This document shows, one piece after another, positions 10,613-20,682 of a DNA stretch of 64,000 bases. The notes below the pieces were generated by a model. It searched no databases and was not told the origin of the DNA. It saw nothing but the letters and a program-made list of their open reading frames with translations. The position numbers were made by a program, and so were the translations under genes. Position 1 is the first letter of the stretch. Each line of letters opens with the position of its first letter. This DNA comes from Candidatus Buchananbacteria bacterium (GTDB lineage: Bacteria; Patescibacteriota; Patescibacteriia; 2-01-FULL-39-33; JBAYJR01), in NCBI GenBank assembly GCA_041665005.1, contig JBAYJR010000009.1:203-64202 (forward strand), written 5' to 3'.

Positions 10613-10999
10613 ATGACTGATCCAATTGCTGACATGCTTACCAGAATTAGAAATGCTCAGCTAGTAAAAAAGCGTGAGGTGATTTTACCTTTCTCTAAAG
10701 TTAAATTAAACATTGCTCAGCTATTAGTACGCGAAGGATTTTTAACTTTGGCTGAAAAAGTAGATAATGGTTTTGGCGAAATTAAACTAGGCTTAGGTTA
10801 TACGGAAAACGAACCGATTATTCGCAGTTTAAAAAGAATTTCTACGCCTGGTCGCCGAGTTTATGTTACCAAGGAAGAATTACCAAATGTTTTGGGTGGT
10901 CAAGGTTTAGCGGTTATCTCTACTTCACAAGGTTTGATGACAAATAGAGAAGCTAAGAAAAAAGGTTTGGGTGGAGAATTAATTTGTGAAATTTATTAA
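10613..10999 (+). CDS. rpsH: 30S ribosomal protein S8
   Basis: MTDPIADMLTRIRNA. Confidence 0.99.
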   Translation: MTDPIADMLTRIRNAQLVKKREVILPFSKVKLNIAQLLVREGFLTLAEKVDNGFGEIKLGLGYTENEPIIRSLKRISTPGRRVYVTKEELPNVLGGQGLAVISTSQGLMTNREAKKKGLGGELICEIY

Positions 11000-11005
11000 A
11001 ATTAT

Positions 11006-11557
11006 ATGAGTCGTATTGGCAAAAAAATCATTACTTTACCAGCTGGCGTTACCGCTAATTTGCTTGGTCAAGAATTAAAGTTTAAAGGCCCTAAAGGGGA
11101 ACTATTTTTAATGTTACACCCCGATATTAAGGTTAATTTAACTGATAAAGAAATCACCACTAGCGTGTTAGCAGCGGGAGAAAAAAAGCAAAGAGCTTTG
11201 TGGGGTTTGTTTGGCAGTTTAATTAACAATGCAGTAATTGGGGTTAGTAAGGGATATGAAAAGAAATTAGAAATAAACGGCATTGGTTATAAGGCACAAT
11301 TAGCTGGCAATAAAATGATTTTAAATTTAGGTTTCTCTCATCCTGTGGAATTTATGTTGCCGGCGGGTTTGGTAGCATTGGTTGAAAAGAATATCATTAC
11401 TTTAACTAGTCCCGATAAAGATTTACTGGGTCAGACCGCGGCTAATATCAGAGCTTTAAAAAAACCAGAGCCTTACAAAGGTAAAGGTATTAAATATGCC
11501 GATGAAATTTTACGTAAAAAGGCGGGTAAAGCGGCTAAGGCGGTTGGTGCTAAATAA
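11006..11557 (+). CDS. rplF: 50S ribosomal protein L6
   Basis: MSRIGKK, PEPYKGKGIKY. Confidence 0.99.
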   Translation: MSRIGKKIITLPAGVTANLLGQELKFKGPKGELFLMLHPDIKVNLTDKEITTSVLAAGEKKQRALWGLFGSLINNAVIGVSKGYEKKLEINGIGYKAQLAGNKMILNLGFSHPVEFMLPAGLVALVEKNIITLTSPDKDLLGQTAANIRALKKPEPYKGKGIKYADEILRKKAGKAAKAVGAK

Positions 11558-11579
11558 TTTTTCAAACTAATTCATCTTT

Positions 11580-11939
11580 ATGAGTAAAATAGCAAAAAAG
11601 AAACAAGTAAACAAAAATAGACGTCACCGTCGGGTGAGGGCGAAGATTTCTGGTACGGTTGTTCGACCACGATTGGCAGTTTATCGTAGTTTACAGCATA
11701 TTTACACCCAATTAATTGATGATGAACAGGGTAAAACTTTGGTCGCTGCTTCGGATTTAGAAATTAAAGATAAAAAAATTAAAAAAACCGAAAAAGCCAC
11801 CAAAGTTGGGGAATTGATCGCCAAAAAAGCCGCGGCTAAAGAAATAACTCAGGCAGTTTTTGACCGAGGTGGTTCCAAGTATCACGGTCGGGTTAAGGCA
11901 GTAGCCGAAGCGGCCCGAGCAGCGGGGCTAAAGATTTAA
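11580..11939 (+). CDS. rplR: 50S ribosomal protein L18
   Basis: [20 protein letters not shown]. Confidence 0.99.
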   Translation: MSKIAKKKQVNKNRRHRRVRAKISGTVVRPRLAVYRSLQHIYTQLIDDEQGKTLVAASDLEIKDKKIKKTEKATKVGELIAKKAAAKEITQAVFDRGGSKYHGRVKAVAEAARAAGLKI

Positions 11940-11962
11940 TTATCCAAAATTATTAATATTTT

Positions 11963-12493
11963 ATGATTAACCAAGTTAAAGAAAAAGTTAAAGAACAATC
12001 AGAAAAAGAAAAAGGCAGACTGGAAACCGAAGACACGCGGGCGGCTAAAGAATTTGAGCAAAAGATTGTTGATCTAGCCAGGGTCACTCGTGTGATGGCC
12101 GGTGGTAAGCGTTTGCGTTTTCGTGCTTGTGTTTTAATTGGTAATCATCAAGGTAAGGTTGGCATGGGTCTAGCTAAAGGTGCTGATGTTACTTTGGCGG
12201 TGAATAAAGCGGTTAATCAAGCTGAAAAATCTTTATTAACGGTGGCAATGGTTAGAGAAACTATTCCTCATGAAGTAACCGAAAAATATGGAGCCGCTAA
12301 AATATTAATTAAGCCGGCTCCTAAAGGTACTGGTATTATTGCTGGTGGTGCTGCTCGTCAAGTTTTAGAATTAGCCGGCGTGCCAAATATTGTAGCTAAG
12401 ATTTTGGGTAGTAATAATAAAATTAATAATGTTAGAGCTACTTTGTTAGCTTTGAGCAAGTTGAAATTGTCTAAAAAATCGTCTAAAAAGTAA
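11963..12493 (+). CDS. rpsE: 30S ribosomal protein S5
   Basis: RVTRVMAGGKR, PAPKGTGIIAGG. Confidence 0.99.
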   Translation: MINQVKEKVKEQSEKEKGRLETEDTRAAKEFEQKIVDLARVTRVMAGGKRLRFRACVLIGNHQGKVGMGLAKGADVTLAVNKAVNQAEKSLLTVAMVRETIPHEVTEKYGAAKILIKPAPKGTGIIAGGAARQVLELAGVPNIVAKILGSNNKINNVRATLLALSKLKLSKKSSKK

Positions 12494-12502
12494 TTTTAAT
12501 TT

Positions 12503-12949
12503 ATGTTAACTTTAACTAATTTAAAACCAGCGGTGGGTGCTAAAAAGAAAAGTCAGCGAGTTGGTCGTGGTAATGCTGGCAGTGGTACTTATTCTGGTCG
12601 TGGTCAAAAAGGTCAACGAGCAAGATCTGGTGGCCGAGGCGGTTTAAAGATGTTGGGCTTGAAACAGATTGTTCGACGGATTCCTAAGCAACGCGGCTTT
12701 AAGAGTATTTATGAAAAGCCCTCAGTAGTTAATCTGCAGGATTTAGAAAATAATTTTGCCGACGGCGAAACTGTCACCGCTAAGAAAATTTTAGAGGTCG
12801 GTTTAGTGAAAAAGATTAAATGGGGCGTAAAAATTTTAGGTAAGGGCAAAATAACTAAAGCTTTGAAAGTAAAAGCGGTGAGTTATTCAGTTAGCGCTAA
12901 AGAGGCAATTGTCAAAGCAGGCGGCCAGGCACAAATTAGTAAAAACTAA
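12503..12949 (+). CDS. rplO: 50S ribosomal protein L15
   Basis: RVGRG, GRGQKGQRARSG; directly follows rpsE with no rpmD. Confidence 0.99.
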   Translation: MLTLTNLKPAVGAKKKSQRVGRGNAGSGTYSGRGQKGQRARSGGRGGLKMLGLKQIVRRIPKQRGFKSIYEKPSVVNLQDLENNFADGETVTAKKILEVGLVKKIKWGVKILGKGKITKALKVKAVSYSVSAKEAIVKAGGQAQISKN

Positions 12950-12957
12950 ACAGCTTT

Positions 12958-14235
12958 ATGTTTTGGGAAAAACTATCACAACTTTGGAAAATTAGAGATT
13001 TGCGCAACAACATTTTAGCCGTGGTTGGTTTGTTAGTAGTTTTTCGGATTGCAGCTCACGTACCAATTCCGGGAGTAGATGCTACGGCTTTACGGAATTT
13101 TTTTAGTTCCAATCAAATTTTAGGCTTGATGAATGTTTTTTCTGGTGGTGGCATGGAAAATTTTTCAGTTGTGATGTTAGGCGTTGGCCCATATATTACT
13201 GCTTCCATTATTTTTCAGTTGTTAGCTATGATTGTTCCTAAATTAGAAGAATTATCTAAAGAAGGAGAATATGGTCGGCAAAAGATTAATATGTATACAC
13301 GTTGGCTAGCGGTACCTTTAGCAGTATTGCAGGCTTATGGCATGATTATAATGTTAAGACAGTCTTCGGCTCAGATTGTTACCAGTTTAGAGCCTTTTAG
13401 ATTAATTACTACAATAGTGGTAGTAACAGCTGGTACGATATTCTTAATGTGGTTGGGTGAATTGATTTCGGAAAAACATATTGGTAATGGTATTTCTTTG
13501 TTAATTTTCGTTGGCATTGTTACGCGAATCCCTACGGCCATACGCAATGTTTTTAGTACTTATGATCCCGCTCAAATTTTTAACCTAGTTATTTTTGCAG
13601 TAGTCGCTGTCGTTACTATTGTGGGTGTAGTTTATATTACAGAAGCCCAACGGAATATCCCGGTTTCTTATGCTAGACGAGTGCGCGGTAACCGGATGTA
13701 TGGTGGGGTTAATACTTATTTGCCTTTAAGAGTTAATATGGCCGGGGTAATCCCAATTATTTTTGCTATTTCTTTAATTTTATTTCCACCAATGGTAGCG
13801 CAATTCTTTTTGCGAGTTAAGACTGCCTGGGTGGCTGGTGCTGCTCAATGGGTGATTGCTATGTTTAACAATCAGTGGTTTTACGGCATCATGTATTTTG
13901 TGCTAGTCTTTGGCTTTACCTATTTTTATACGGCTGTTATTTTTCATCCACAGCAAGTGGCCGAAAATTTGCAAAAAGCAGGGGGATTCATTCCAGGTAT
14001 TAGACCAGGTTTTTCAACAGTTGAATATTTACAAAAAACCACCAGTCGTATTTTGTTAATTGGAGCCTTGTTTCTAGCTACTATTGCCGTGTTACCCATG
14101 GCTTTGCAGCCCTTAACTGGTACCAAGGCTTTAACTATTGGTGGCACTAGTATTTTAATTGCGGTTTCAGTAGTAATTGAAACAGTTAAACAAATTAATG
14201 CGCAATTAACCATGCGTGACTACGAAGAATTATAA
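12958..14235 (+). CDS. secY: Preprotein translocase SecY
   Basis: GVGPYITASII, GNGISLLIF, FIPGIRPG. Confidence 0.99.
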   Translation: MFWEKLSQLWKIRDLRNNILAVVGLLVVFRIAAHVPIPGVDATALRNFFSSNQILGLMNVFSGGGMENFSVVMLGVGPYITASIIFQLLAMIVPKLEELSKEGEYGRQKINMYTRWLAVPLAVLQAYGMIIMLRQSSAQIVTSLEPFRLITTIVVVTAGTIFLMWLGELISEKHIGNGISLLIFVGIVTRIPTAIRNVFSTYDPAQIFNLVIFAVVAVVTIVGVVYITEAQRNIPVSYARRVRGNRMYGGVNTYLPLRVNMAGVIPIIFAISLILFPPMVAQFFLRVKTAWVAGAAQWVIAMFNNQWFYGIMYFVLVFGFTYFYTAVIFHPQQVAENLQKAGGFIPGIRPGFSTVEYLQKTTSRILLIGALFLATIAVLPMALQPLTGTKALTIGGTSILIAVSVVIETVKQINAQLTMRDYEEL

Positions 14236-14322
14236 TTATTTTTTTAGCCTTAGACCAAAGATGCCAAGCCGGCATCTTTTTGCTATAATATAACTAAGTT
14301 AAATTCCTAAATTTTATTTTTT

Positions 14323-14991
14323 ATGCCTAAGAAAAAAGCTAAACGGCCATTTAATGTGTCTATAATCGGTCCGCCTTTATCGGGTAAAGGTACACAAGCG
14401 GATAAATTAACTGAGGTTTTGCAATTACCACATTTAGTGATGAGTCAGCTATTAAAAGCAGCCGCCAAAAAAGGTGATAAGGAGAGTAAAATTATTCAAG
14501 AAACTATGGCACGCGGTGAATTGGTTCCTTCTAGTATCCAGTTTAGAGTTTTACGTGATGGCATCACGCATAAAAATGTTAGTCAAGGATTTATTATTGA
14601 AGGCGTGCCACGTCGTTACCAAGAGGCGTTATATTTTAATTCATTAGTTGATGTTGATTTTTTAATTCACATTGCTTTACCGGTTAAAGAATTAATTAAG
14701 CGGGCTAGCGGTCGCAGGCAATGCAGTTGTGGGGCGACTTATAGTTTGGTTTACAAACCGCCTAAAAAAGCCGGTCTTTGTGATTTATGTGGTCAAAAAT
14801 TATTTATTCGGCCGGATGATAAACCGGCAGTGATTAAACGTCGAATGGTTTTTTATAATAAAGAAATTAAAGGCATCGCTAAACTTTATCAGAAGGAAAA
14901 TAAGTTTATAGAAATTAATGGAGCCCAAAGTATTGAGCAGGTGTTTCAAGAAATTTTGCGTAAGATAATTTATTTTTTGCAAAATCAATAA
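14323..14991 (+). CDS. adk: Adenylate kinase (Cys4 LID)
   Basis: GPPLSGKGTQA P-loop, CSCG..CDLCG, RPDD. Confidence 0.95.
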   Translation: MPKKKAKRPFNVSIIGPPLSGKGTQADKLTEVLQLPHLVMSQLLKAAAKKGDKESKIIQETMARGELVPSSIQFRVLRDGITHKNVSQGFIIEGVPRRYQEALYFNSLVDVDFLIHIALPVKELIKRASGRRQCSCGATYSLVYKPPKKAGLCDLCGQKLFIRPDDKPAVIKRRMVFYNKEIKGIAKLYQKENKFIEINGAQSIEQVFQEILRKIIYFLQNQ

Positions 14992-14992
14992 T

Positions 14993-15778
14993 ATGATTAT
15001 TATTAAGACTCCAGCCGAGATTGCTTTAATGAAACAAGGGGGCAAAATTTTGGCTGATATTTTAGACCAAGTAGCTAAGACGGTTAAGCCTGGAGTCACT
15101 ACCCAACAACTAGATGAGTTAGCCGAAGATTTAATTTTAAAAGCTGGGGGTAGACCAGCTTTTAAAAATTACCAGGTTTTTGGTGACGAACCACCTTTTC
15201 CTACTACTTTATGTACTTCTATAAATCAAGAAATTGTTCATGGGCCAGCGAGGCCGGCTAGGGTGTTACTTTTGGGGGATATTATTAGTTTAGATATTGG
15301 GATGGAATATCCCTATACTGGTGTTAAATCGGGTTTATACACTGATATGGCCACCACGGTAGCGGTGGGCAAAATTTCTGCCTTGGCGCGTAAGTTGTTA
15401 AAGGTTACTAAGGAGTCGTTGTTTTTAGGATTAGCTCAGATTAGGCCTGGTCAACAAATTAAGGATATTTCTTTGGCGATTCAACAGTATGTTGAAAGTC
15501 AAGGTTTTAATGTGGTTAGAGATTTAGTCGGCCACGGGGTTGGTCAAAAAATTCACGAAGAACCAAGTATTCCTAATTTTTTTCAGGCTAATCATCCAGA
15601 GATTAAACTAAAGCCGGGCATGACTTTGGCGATTGAACCAATGGTAGTGACCGGAAAGTATCATACTAAGACTTTAGCTGATGGTTGGACGACAGTGGCT
15701 CTTGATGGAGGTTTGGCCGCTCATTATGAACATACCATTGTCGTAACCAATGATGGTTATGAAATTATTACCAAATAA
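14993..15778 (+). CDS. map: Methionine aminopeptidase type I
   Basis: GHGVG..HEEP, AIEPM, AHYEHT. Confidence 0.98.
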   Translation: MIIIKTPAEIALMKQGGKILADILDQVAKTVKPGVTTQQLDELAEDLILKAGGRPAFKNYQVFGDEPPFPTTLCTSINQEIVHGPARPARVLLLGDIISLDIGMEYPYTGVKSGLYTDMATTVAVGKISALARKLLKVTKESLFLGLAQIRPGQQIKDISLAIQQYVESQGFNVVRDLVGHGVGQKIHEEPSIPNFFQANHPEIKLKPGMTLAIEPMVVTGKYHTKTLADGWTTVALDGGLAAHYEHTIVVTNDGYEIITK

Positions 15779-15787
15779 TTTTTAATT

Positions 15788-16180
15788 ATGTCTTTTTTAG
15801 GTATTGATTACGGCGAAAAAAAGGTTGGCTTAGCTCTGGCCGAAGATGGTAGATTGGCTTTGCCTTTATTGATTTTAAACAATGTTAGCGACAAAGTATT
15901 GATTACAGAACTTTTGACAGTAATTCATCGTTATAAAATTAAAACTATTGTTTTGGGCTATCCTTTGTCTTTAGCTGGTCAAGCAACAGTTCAGACTCAG
16001 AAAGTATTAGCTTTTAAACAGCGATTAGCTAATTTTTTTAAGTCGGAAATAATTTTAGCGGACGAAAGATTTTCCTCTAAAATAATTAAATCTGCCCAGC
16101 GCGGTTTACGAGTTCGTCATCACGATGATGCGGCCGCCGCCGCGGTAATTTTACAAAGTTATTTAGATCGTTTGCGATAA
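15788..16180 (+). CDS. ruvX: YqgF/RuvX family nuclease
   Basis: LGIDYGEKKVGLA, DERFSS, AAAVILQSYL. Confidence 0.95.
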   Translation: MSFLGIDYGEKKVGLALAEDGRLALPLLILNNVSDKVLITELLTVIHRYKIKTIVLGYPLSLAGQATVQTQKVLAFKQRLANFFKSEIILADERFSSKIIKSAQRGLRVRHHDDAAAAAVILQSYLDRLR

Positions 16181-16182
16181 TT

Positions 16183-16926
16183 ATGCACTATTTAAAAACG
16201 GAAGCGATTATTTTGTCTAAAAAAATTCGGGGTGAATTTGGGGTAGTAATAAATTTTTATACCCCCGGCCACGGCAAACTAGAAGGCGTCGTCTCGGGCG
16301 CCAAAAAGATTTCTAGTAAATTAAACGCTCATTGTGAGCCACTAAGTTTAAGTGAATTAATGCTGGCTCGGGGGGTTAGCGCTTGGCGTGTAGCCGGAGC
16401 AGTGACTTTGCAAAATTTTGAACCAGTAAATAAATCCTTTGAGCAAATTTTTGCCGCTCAATATTTAGCTCAGTTAACAAACAGCTTACTTGACAAGGAG
16501 CAACCAGAAAAGCAAATTTATTTTTTGTTAAAAAAAACTTTGGAGCTTTTGGCTAAGCAAGTTAAAACCGAAAAAGTTTTGTTATTGGTAGCGGCCTACT
16601 TGTTAAAATTAGTTGCGATGTTAGGTTATCAGCCAAATTTGAAGACCTGTTTAAGGTGTCAAAAAAATTTACCAGCCCAAAAGAATATTTTAGAGTTGTT
16701 AGCGGGGGGATTTTATTGTCCCACTTGTGTTAAGTTGGATAAAAAGGTAAGTTATAAAAGAGTTAATCCGGCAGTAATTAAAGTTTGGCGAGTTTTGTTG
16801 CAAGATGATTTAGAAAAAGCTTTACGGTTGCACTTAAGTTTAACCCAGGTCAGGACCATTTTTTCTTTGATTACAGAATTTAGTCAAATACATAGTCAAA
16901 AATCAATTAATTTTTTGTGGTTGTAG
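16183..16926 (+). CDS. recO: DNA repair protein RecO
   Basis: KTEAIIL, GAKKISSKL, LGYQP..CLRC..CPTC. Confidence 0.93.
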   Translation: MHYLKTEAIILSKKIRGEFGVVINFYTPGHGKLEGVVSGAKKISSKLNAHCEPLSLSELMLARGVSAWRVAGAVTLQNFEPVNKSFEQIFAAQYLAQLTNSLLDKEQPEKQIYFLLKKTLELLAKQVKTEKVLLLVAAYLLKLVAMLGYQPNLKTCLRCQKNLPAQKNILELLAGGFYCPTCVKLDKKVSYKRVNPAVIKVWRVLLQDDLEKALRLHLSLTQVRTIFSLITEFSQIHSQKSINFLWL

Positions 16927-17041
16927 GTAATTTAGGTAATTTTTTGGCTTAAATAAGCTATTTTATTGAGTTGATAATTTTTCAAAAATAAGTTATAATA
17001 AAAATAAGTTAAAGCTTATTTTTTTAAATAAATTTGTTTAT

Positions 17042-18433
17042 ATGAGTAAAATTGATATTGTTAGCACTATTGGCAAGGTTGGAGAAAAGATCGAGGTTGA
17101 AGGGTGGGTACATTCTCGTCGCGATCATGGCAAAATTTTATTTATAGATTTACGTGATCGGAGTGGTTTGTTGCAAGTAGTTTTTTTACCTCAAAACTCA
17201 GTCTGTTATGAAACAGCTCAAAAATTGCGACCAGAGTTTGTAGTTAAAATAACTGGTCAAATTAATGAGCGGCCAGCTAAGTTAGTTAATGAAAAAATTC
17301 CGACTGGTAAAATAGAAATGTTAGCTGAGAGTTTAGAAATTTTAAATGAAGCCAAGACCCCACCTTTTGAATTAGATAAAGACACCAAGGTAGTTTCTGA
17401 AGAACTTAGATTAAAATATCGTTATTTGGATTTACGTAGCGAGCGGATGAAAAATAATGTGGTATTGCGTCATCATATTGTAACGACGATGCGCGAATAT
17501 TTAAATAAGCATAATTTTTTAGAAATTGAAACCCCTTATATTACCAAAGGTACACCCGAGGGCGCGCGTGAATTTATTGTGCCCGCTCGTTTGTATCCGG
17601 GACAATTTTATGTTTTGCCACAGTCGCCGCAGCAGTTTAAACAGCTATTGATGGTCTCGGGGATGGAAAAATATTATCAGGTTGCTCGGTGTTTTCGTGA
17701 TGAAGACCAGCGCGGTGATCGTCAAGCAGAATTTACGCAGTTGGATATTGAAATGAGTTTTATTGAACAAGAAGATATTTTGCAGTTGATTGAAAAGATG
17801 TTAATTGAGCTAGTAAAAAAAGTGACCCCGCATAAAAAAATTCAACAAACGCCTTTTCCGCGCTTAACTTACGCCGAAGCGATTAGACAGTATAATTCTG
17901 ATAAGCCAGACTTAAGAAAAGATAAAAGTGACCAGGAGGAATTAGCTTTTTGCTGGGTGATTGATATGCCACTGTTTGAATATTCCGAAACCGAAAAAAA
18001 ATTGGTCTCCGTACATCATCCTTTTACTTCACCAAATTTAGATGATTTGCACTATTTACAAACCAAACCCGAAGAAGCGCGAGCCTATGCTTACGATGTG
18101 ATTTTAAATGGTTATGAATTAGGCGGTGGTTCAATTAGAATTCATCAACGGGACCTGCAAAATAAAATTTTTGAGTTGTTAGGCTTAACGGCCGAAGAAA
18201 TTCAGTCGCGGTTTGGTCATTTATTAGAAGCGTTTGAATATGGCGCGCCACCACATGGGGGAATCGCTTTGGGGTTAGAGCGTTTAGTGATGTTATTAGC
18301 CGATGAACCAAATATTCGTGAAGTAATGGCTTTTCCTAAAACTGGGGATAATCGCGATTTAATGATGGGTGCCCCGTCGTCGTTGCTTGATAAGACTTTG
18401 AAAGAGGCTCACGTTAAGGTGGACCAGAAATAA
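17042..18433 (+). CDS. aspS: Aspartate--tRNA ligase, short form lacking GAD insertion
   Basis: LPQSPQQFKQLLM, RCFRDED, GAPPHGGIALGLERL; 463 aa. Confidence 0.97.
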   Translation: MSKIDIVSTIGKVGEKIEVEGWVHSRRDHGKILFIDLRDRSGLLQVVFLPQNSVCYETAQKLRPEFVVKITGQINERPAKLVNEKIPTGKIEMLAESLEILNEAKTPPFELDKDTKVVSEELRLKYRYLDLRSERMKNNVVLRHHIVTTMREYLNKHNFLEIETPYITKGTPEGAREFIVPARLYPGQFYVLPQSPQQFKQLLMVSGMEKYYQVARCFRDEDQRGDRQAEFTQLDIEMSFIEQEDILQLIEKMLIELVKKVTPHKKIQQTPFPRLTYAEAIRQYNSDKPDLRKDKSDQEELAFCWVIDMPLFEYSETEKKLVSVHHPFTSPNLDDLHYLQTKPEEARAYAYDVILNGYELGGGSIRIHQRDLQNKIFELLGLTAEEIQSRFGHLLEAFEYGAPPHGGIALGLERLVMLLADEPNIREVMAFPKTGDNRDLMMGAPSSLLDKTLKEAHVKVDQK

Positions 18434-18541
18434 TTTAAAGTTTAAAGGTTAAAAATAAAAATTATAAAGTGTCGCTTGGGCGGCACGGAATAATTTTACT
18501 TTAATTCTACAGTTTGATATTTGTACTTTGCATTAACTATT

Positions 18542-18856
18542 ATGATAATTTCCCGACTTCAAAAGTATATTCTGTTACAAAGTTTGGGCAGTAAGAAGAA
18601 TATTGACCGTAAATTTTTTCGTCGCTATTATGAATCAGTTAAAATTAGACCAGGTAGTAATAATTTAGCAAAGATCATTACCCAAAGCACCGAAAGGTTG
18701 ATAGATAAAGGCTTAATGATTGGTTTTGGTCGGCGGACGCCACATAAATGGTTTATCACTGAAACTAAGTTAACAATTAAAGGTAGAAAACTAGCTAAAA
18801 AGTTATTAGGGGAGCAGCAGGAACTACCTTTTTGTGTAAAATTTAAGAAAAAATAA
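18542..18856 (+). CDS. Hypothetical basic protein, possibly winged-helix
   Basis: ORF with RLIDKGL..TKLTIKGRK pattern. Confidence 0.55.
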   Translation: MIISRLQKYILLQSLGSKKNIDRKFFRRYYESVKIRPGSNNLAKIITQSTERLIDKGLMIGFGRRTPHKWFITETKLTIKGRKLAKKLLGEQQELPFCVKFKKK

Positions 18857-18890
18857 TTTTTTACTTTATTAATTTTTTAATCAAAATATT

Positions 18891-19394
18891 ATGATTTCCA
18901 AAAAAGTCCTCAGTTATTTAGATAAAAATAAAATTAAGTACGAAAAATTATTACACAAAACCGTATATACGGCCTATGATTTAGCTAAAACCTTAAAAGA
19001 GGAATTGAAAAAAGTGGCCAAAACTTTATTAGTTAAAGTTGACGGTCGCTATGTGTTAGTGGTAATGCCGGCTCACTATCGTTTAGATTTGACTAAAGCC
19101 AAGAAGGCATTTAAAGCCAAAAAGATTGAATTAGTGCCAGAAAAAGTTATGTTAAAAGTGTTAAAAATTAAACCCGGTAAAATGACAGCCTTCGGTAAAT
19201 TACATAAATTAGAAACCTGGGTGGATAAAAGTTTAACCAAAACCGAAAAGGCTATTATCAGTGCTGGCAGTTTTACCGAAAGTTTGCGTTTAAAAGTTAA
19301 AGATTTTGTCAAATTAGAAGAAGCACGTTTAGCCCAATTGGCCGAAGTAGTTAAATTAGTCGCCAAAACTAAGAAAAAGAAGAAGTTGGCATGA
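18891..19394 (+). CDS. YbaK/prolyl-tRNA editing family protein
   Basis: VAKTLLVK, SAGSFTESL. Confidence 0.85.
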   Translation: MISKKVLSYLDKNKIKYEKLLHKTVYTAYDLAKTLKEELKKVAKTLLVKVDGRYVLVVMPAHYRLDLTKAKKAFKAKKIELVPEKVMLKVLKIKPGKMTAFGKLHKLETWVDKSLTKTEKAIISAGSFTESLRLKVKDFVKLEEARLAQLAEVVKLVAKTKKKKKLA

Positions 19395-20095
19395 TAAATT
19401 TTAAACTAGAAAAATTTGAGGGCCCGCTAGATTTACTTTTGCAATTAATCGAGTCGGAGCAATTAGACATTACGCAAGTTTCGCTAAGTAGGGTAGCGGA
19501 ACAGTATTTAGAATATATTAAAACTAGCACCGCACTGAACCCGGAAGAATTGGCAGACTTTTTAGTCGTGGCTGCTAAGTTGCTAATTATCAAATCTAAA
19601 ATTTTGTTGCCAGATTTGGGTTTAAGTGGCGGTGAGGAAGCGGATACTTTAGAGCGTCAGCTGAAAATTTATAAAGAATTTTTAGAGGCCTCAAAACTAG
19701 TTCATCAAATTTTATTAAAGAAATGCTGGTCTTTTAGTCGGGAAAAAATTTCTTTATTAAATACGCCGACATTTTATCCACCGCCAGGAGTAGACCAAAA
19801 AACTCTAAACCAAATTTTTTTAAAAGTTTTGGGTAAAATTCAGCCAATTATCGCGTTGCCAAAAAAATTAATTGCTAGAACAATTTCTTTACAAGAAAGA
19901 ATTAAAAGCATAAAGGATAGAATCTTGCAGGAAATGGTAATTAAATTTAATAGTTTAATGGGCGATAAAAATTCTAAAGTAGAAAAAATTGTTAATTTTT
20001 TAGCAGTTTTAGAACTAATTAAACAACGGGAAGTTTCGGCCGAGCAAGGTGATATTTTTGAAGATATAATTATTAAGCGTTTACAAAATAATTAA
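19391..20095 (+). CDS. scpA: Segregation and condensation protein A
   Basis: FEGPLDLLLQLI, FLAVLELIK. Confidence 0.97.
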   Translation: MINFKLEKFEGPLDLLLQLIESEQLDITQVSLSRVAEQYLEYIKTSTALNPEELADFLVVAAKLLIIKSKILLPDLGLSGGEEADTLERQLKIYKEFLEASKLVHQILLKKCWSFSREKISLLNTPTFYPPPGVDQKTLNQIFLKVLGKIQPIIALPKKLIARTISLQERIKSIKDRILQEMVIKFNSLMGDKNSKVEKIVNFLAVLELIKQREVSAEQGDIFEDIIIKRLQNN

Positions 20096-20100
20096 GTTTT

Positions 20101-20661
20101 ATGTCGCTAGTCAATCAATTGGAAAGTTTGCTGTTCATTACTAATCGGCCAATGTCGGCCAAGCATTTAGCTGAATTAACTAATCAGAAAAAAGAAGTGG
20201 TTATTTTAGCGTTGGCGGAATTAAAGATTAAGTATAGTGGTGAAAATAGCGGAGTTTGGTTGTCAGAAATTAATCAAGAGTATCAATTAATAACTAACTC
20301 CGAAAATACTCAATTAATTAGTGAATTTATTAAAGAAGAAACTACTGGCGAATTAACCCCAGCCCAGTTAGAGGCTTTAACAGTGGTTGCTTATCGGGGC
20401 CCAATTTCTAAAGCGGAGTTAGAAATTATTCGGGGGGTTAATTGTACTTTGATTTTACGAAATTTGATGATTCGCGGTTTGGTAGAAAACGTGACTGATA
20501 AAAAATTAGGCACGGTTTTGTATAATGTTACTTTTGATTTTTTAAAACATTTAGGCTTAGCGTCAATCAAAGAACTGCCAGACTATGAAAAGTTGAATAG
20601 CGACGACAATTTGAAAAAGTTGCTAGAAGGCATGCAACAACAAGCAGAAGTTGGAAATTAA
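20101..20661 (+). CDS. scpB: Segregation and condensation protein B
   Basis: ESLLF, VAYRGPI, IRGVN. Confidence 0.97.
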   Translation: MSLVNQLESLLFITNRPMSAKHLAELTNQKKEVVILALAELKIKYSGENSGVWLSEINQEYQLITNSENTQLISEFIKEETTGELTPAQLEALTVVAYRGPISKAELEIIRGVNCTLILRNLMIRGLVENVTDKKLGTVLYNVTFDFLKHLGLASIKELPDYEKLNSDDNLKKLLEGMQQQAEVGN

Positions 20662-20682
20662 TTTTTATTAAGGCTTAAAGTA

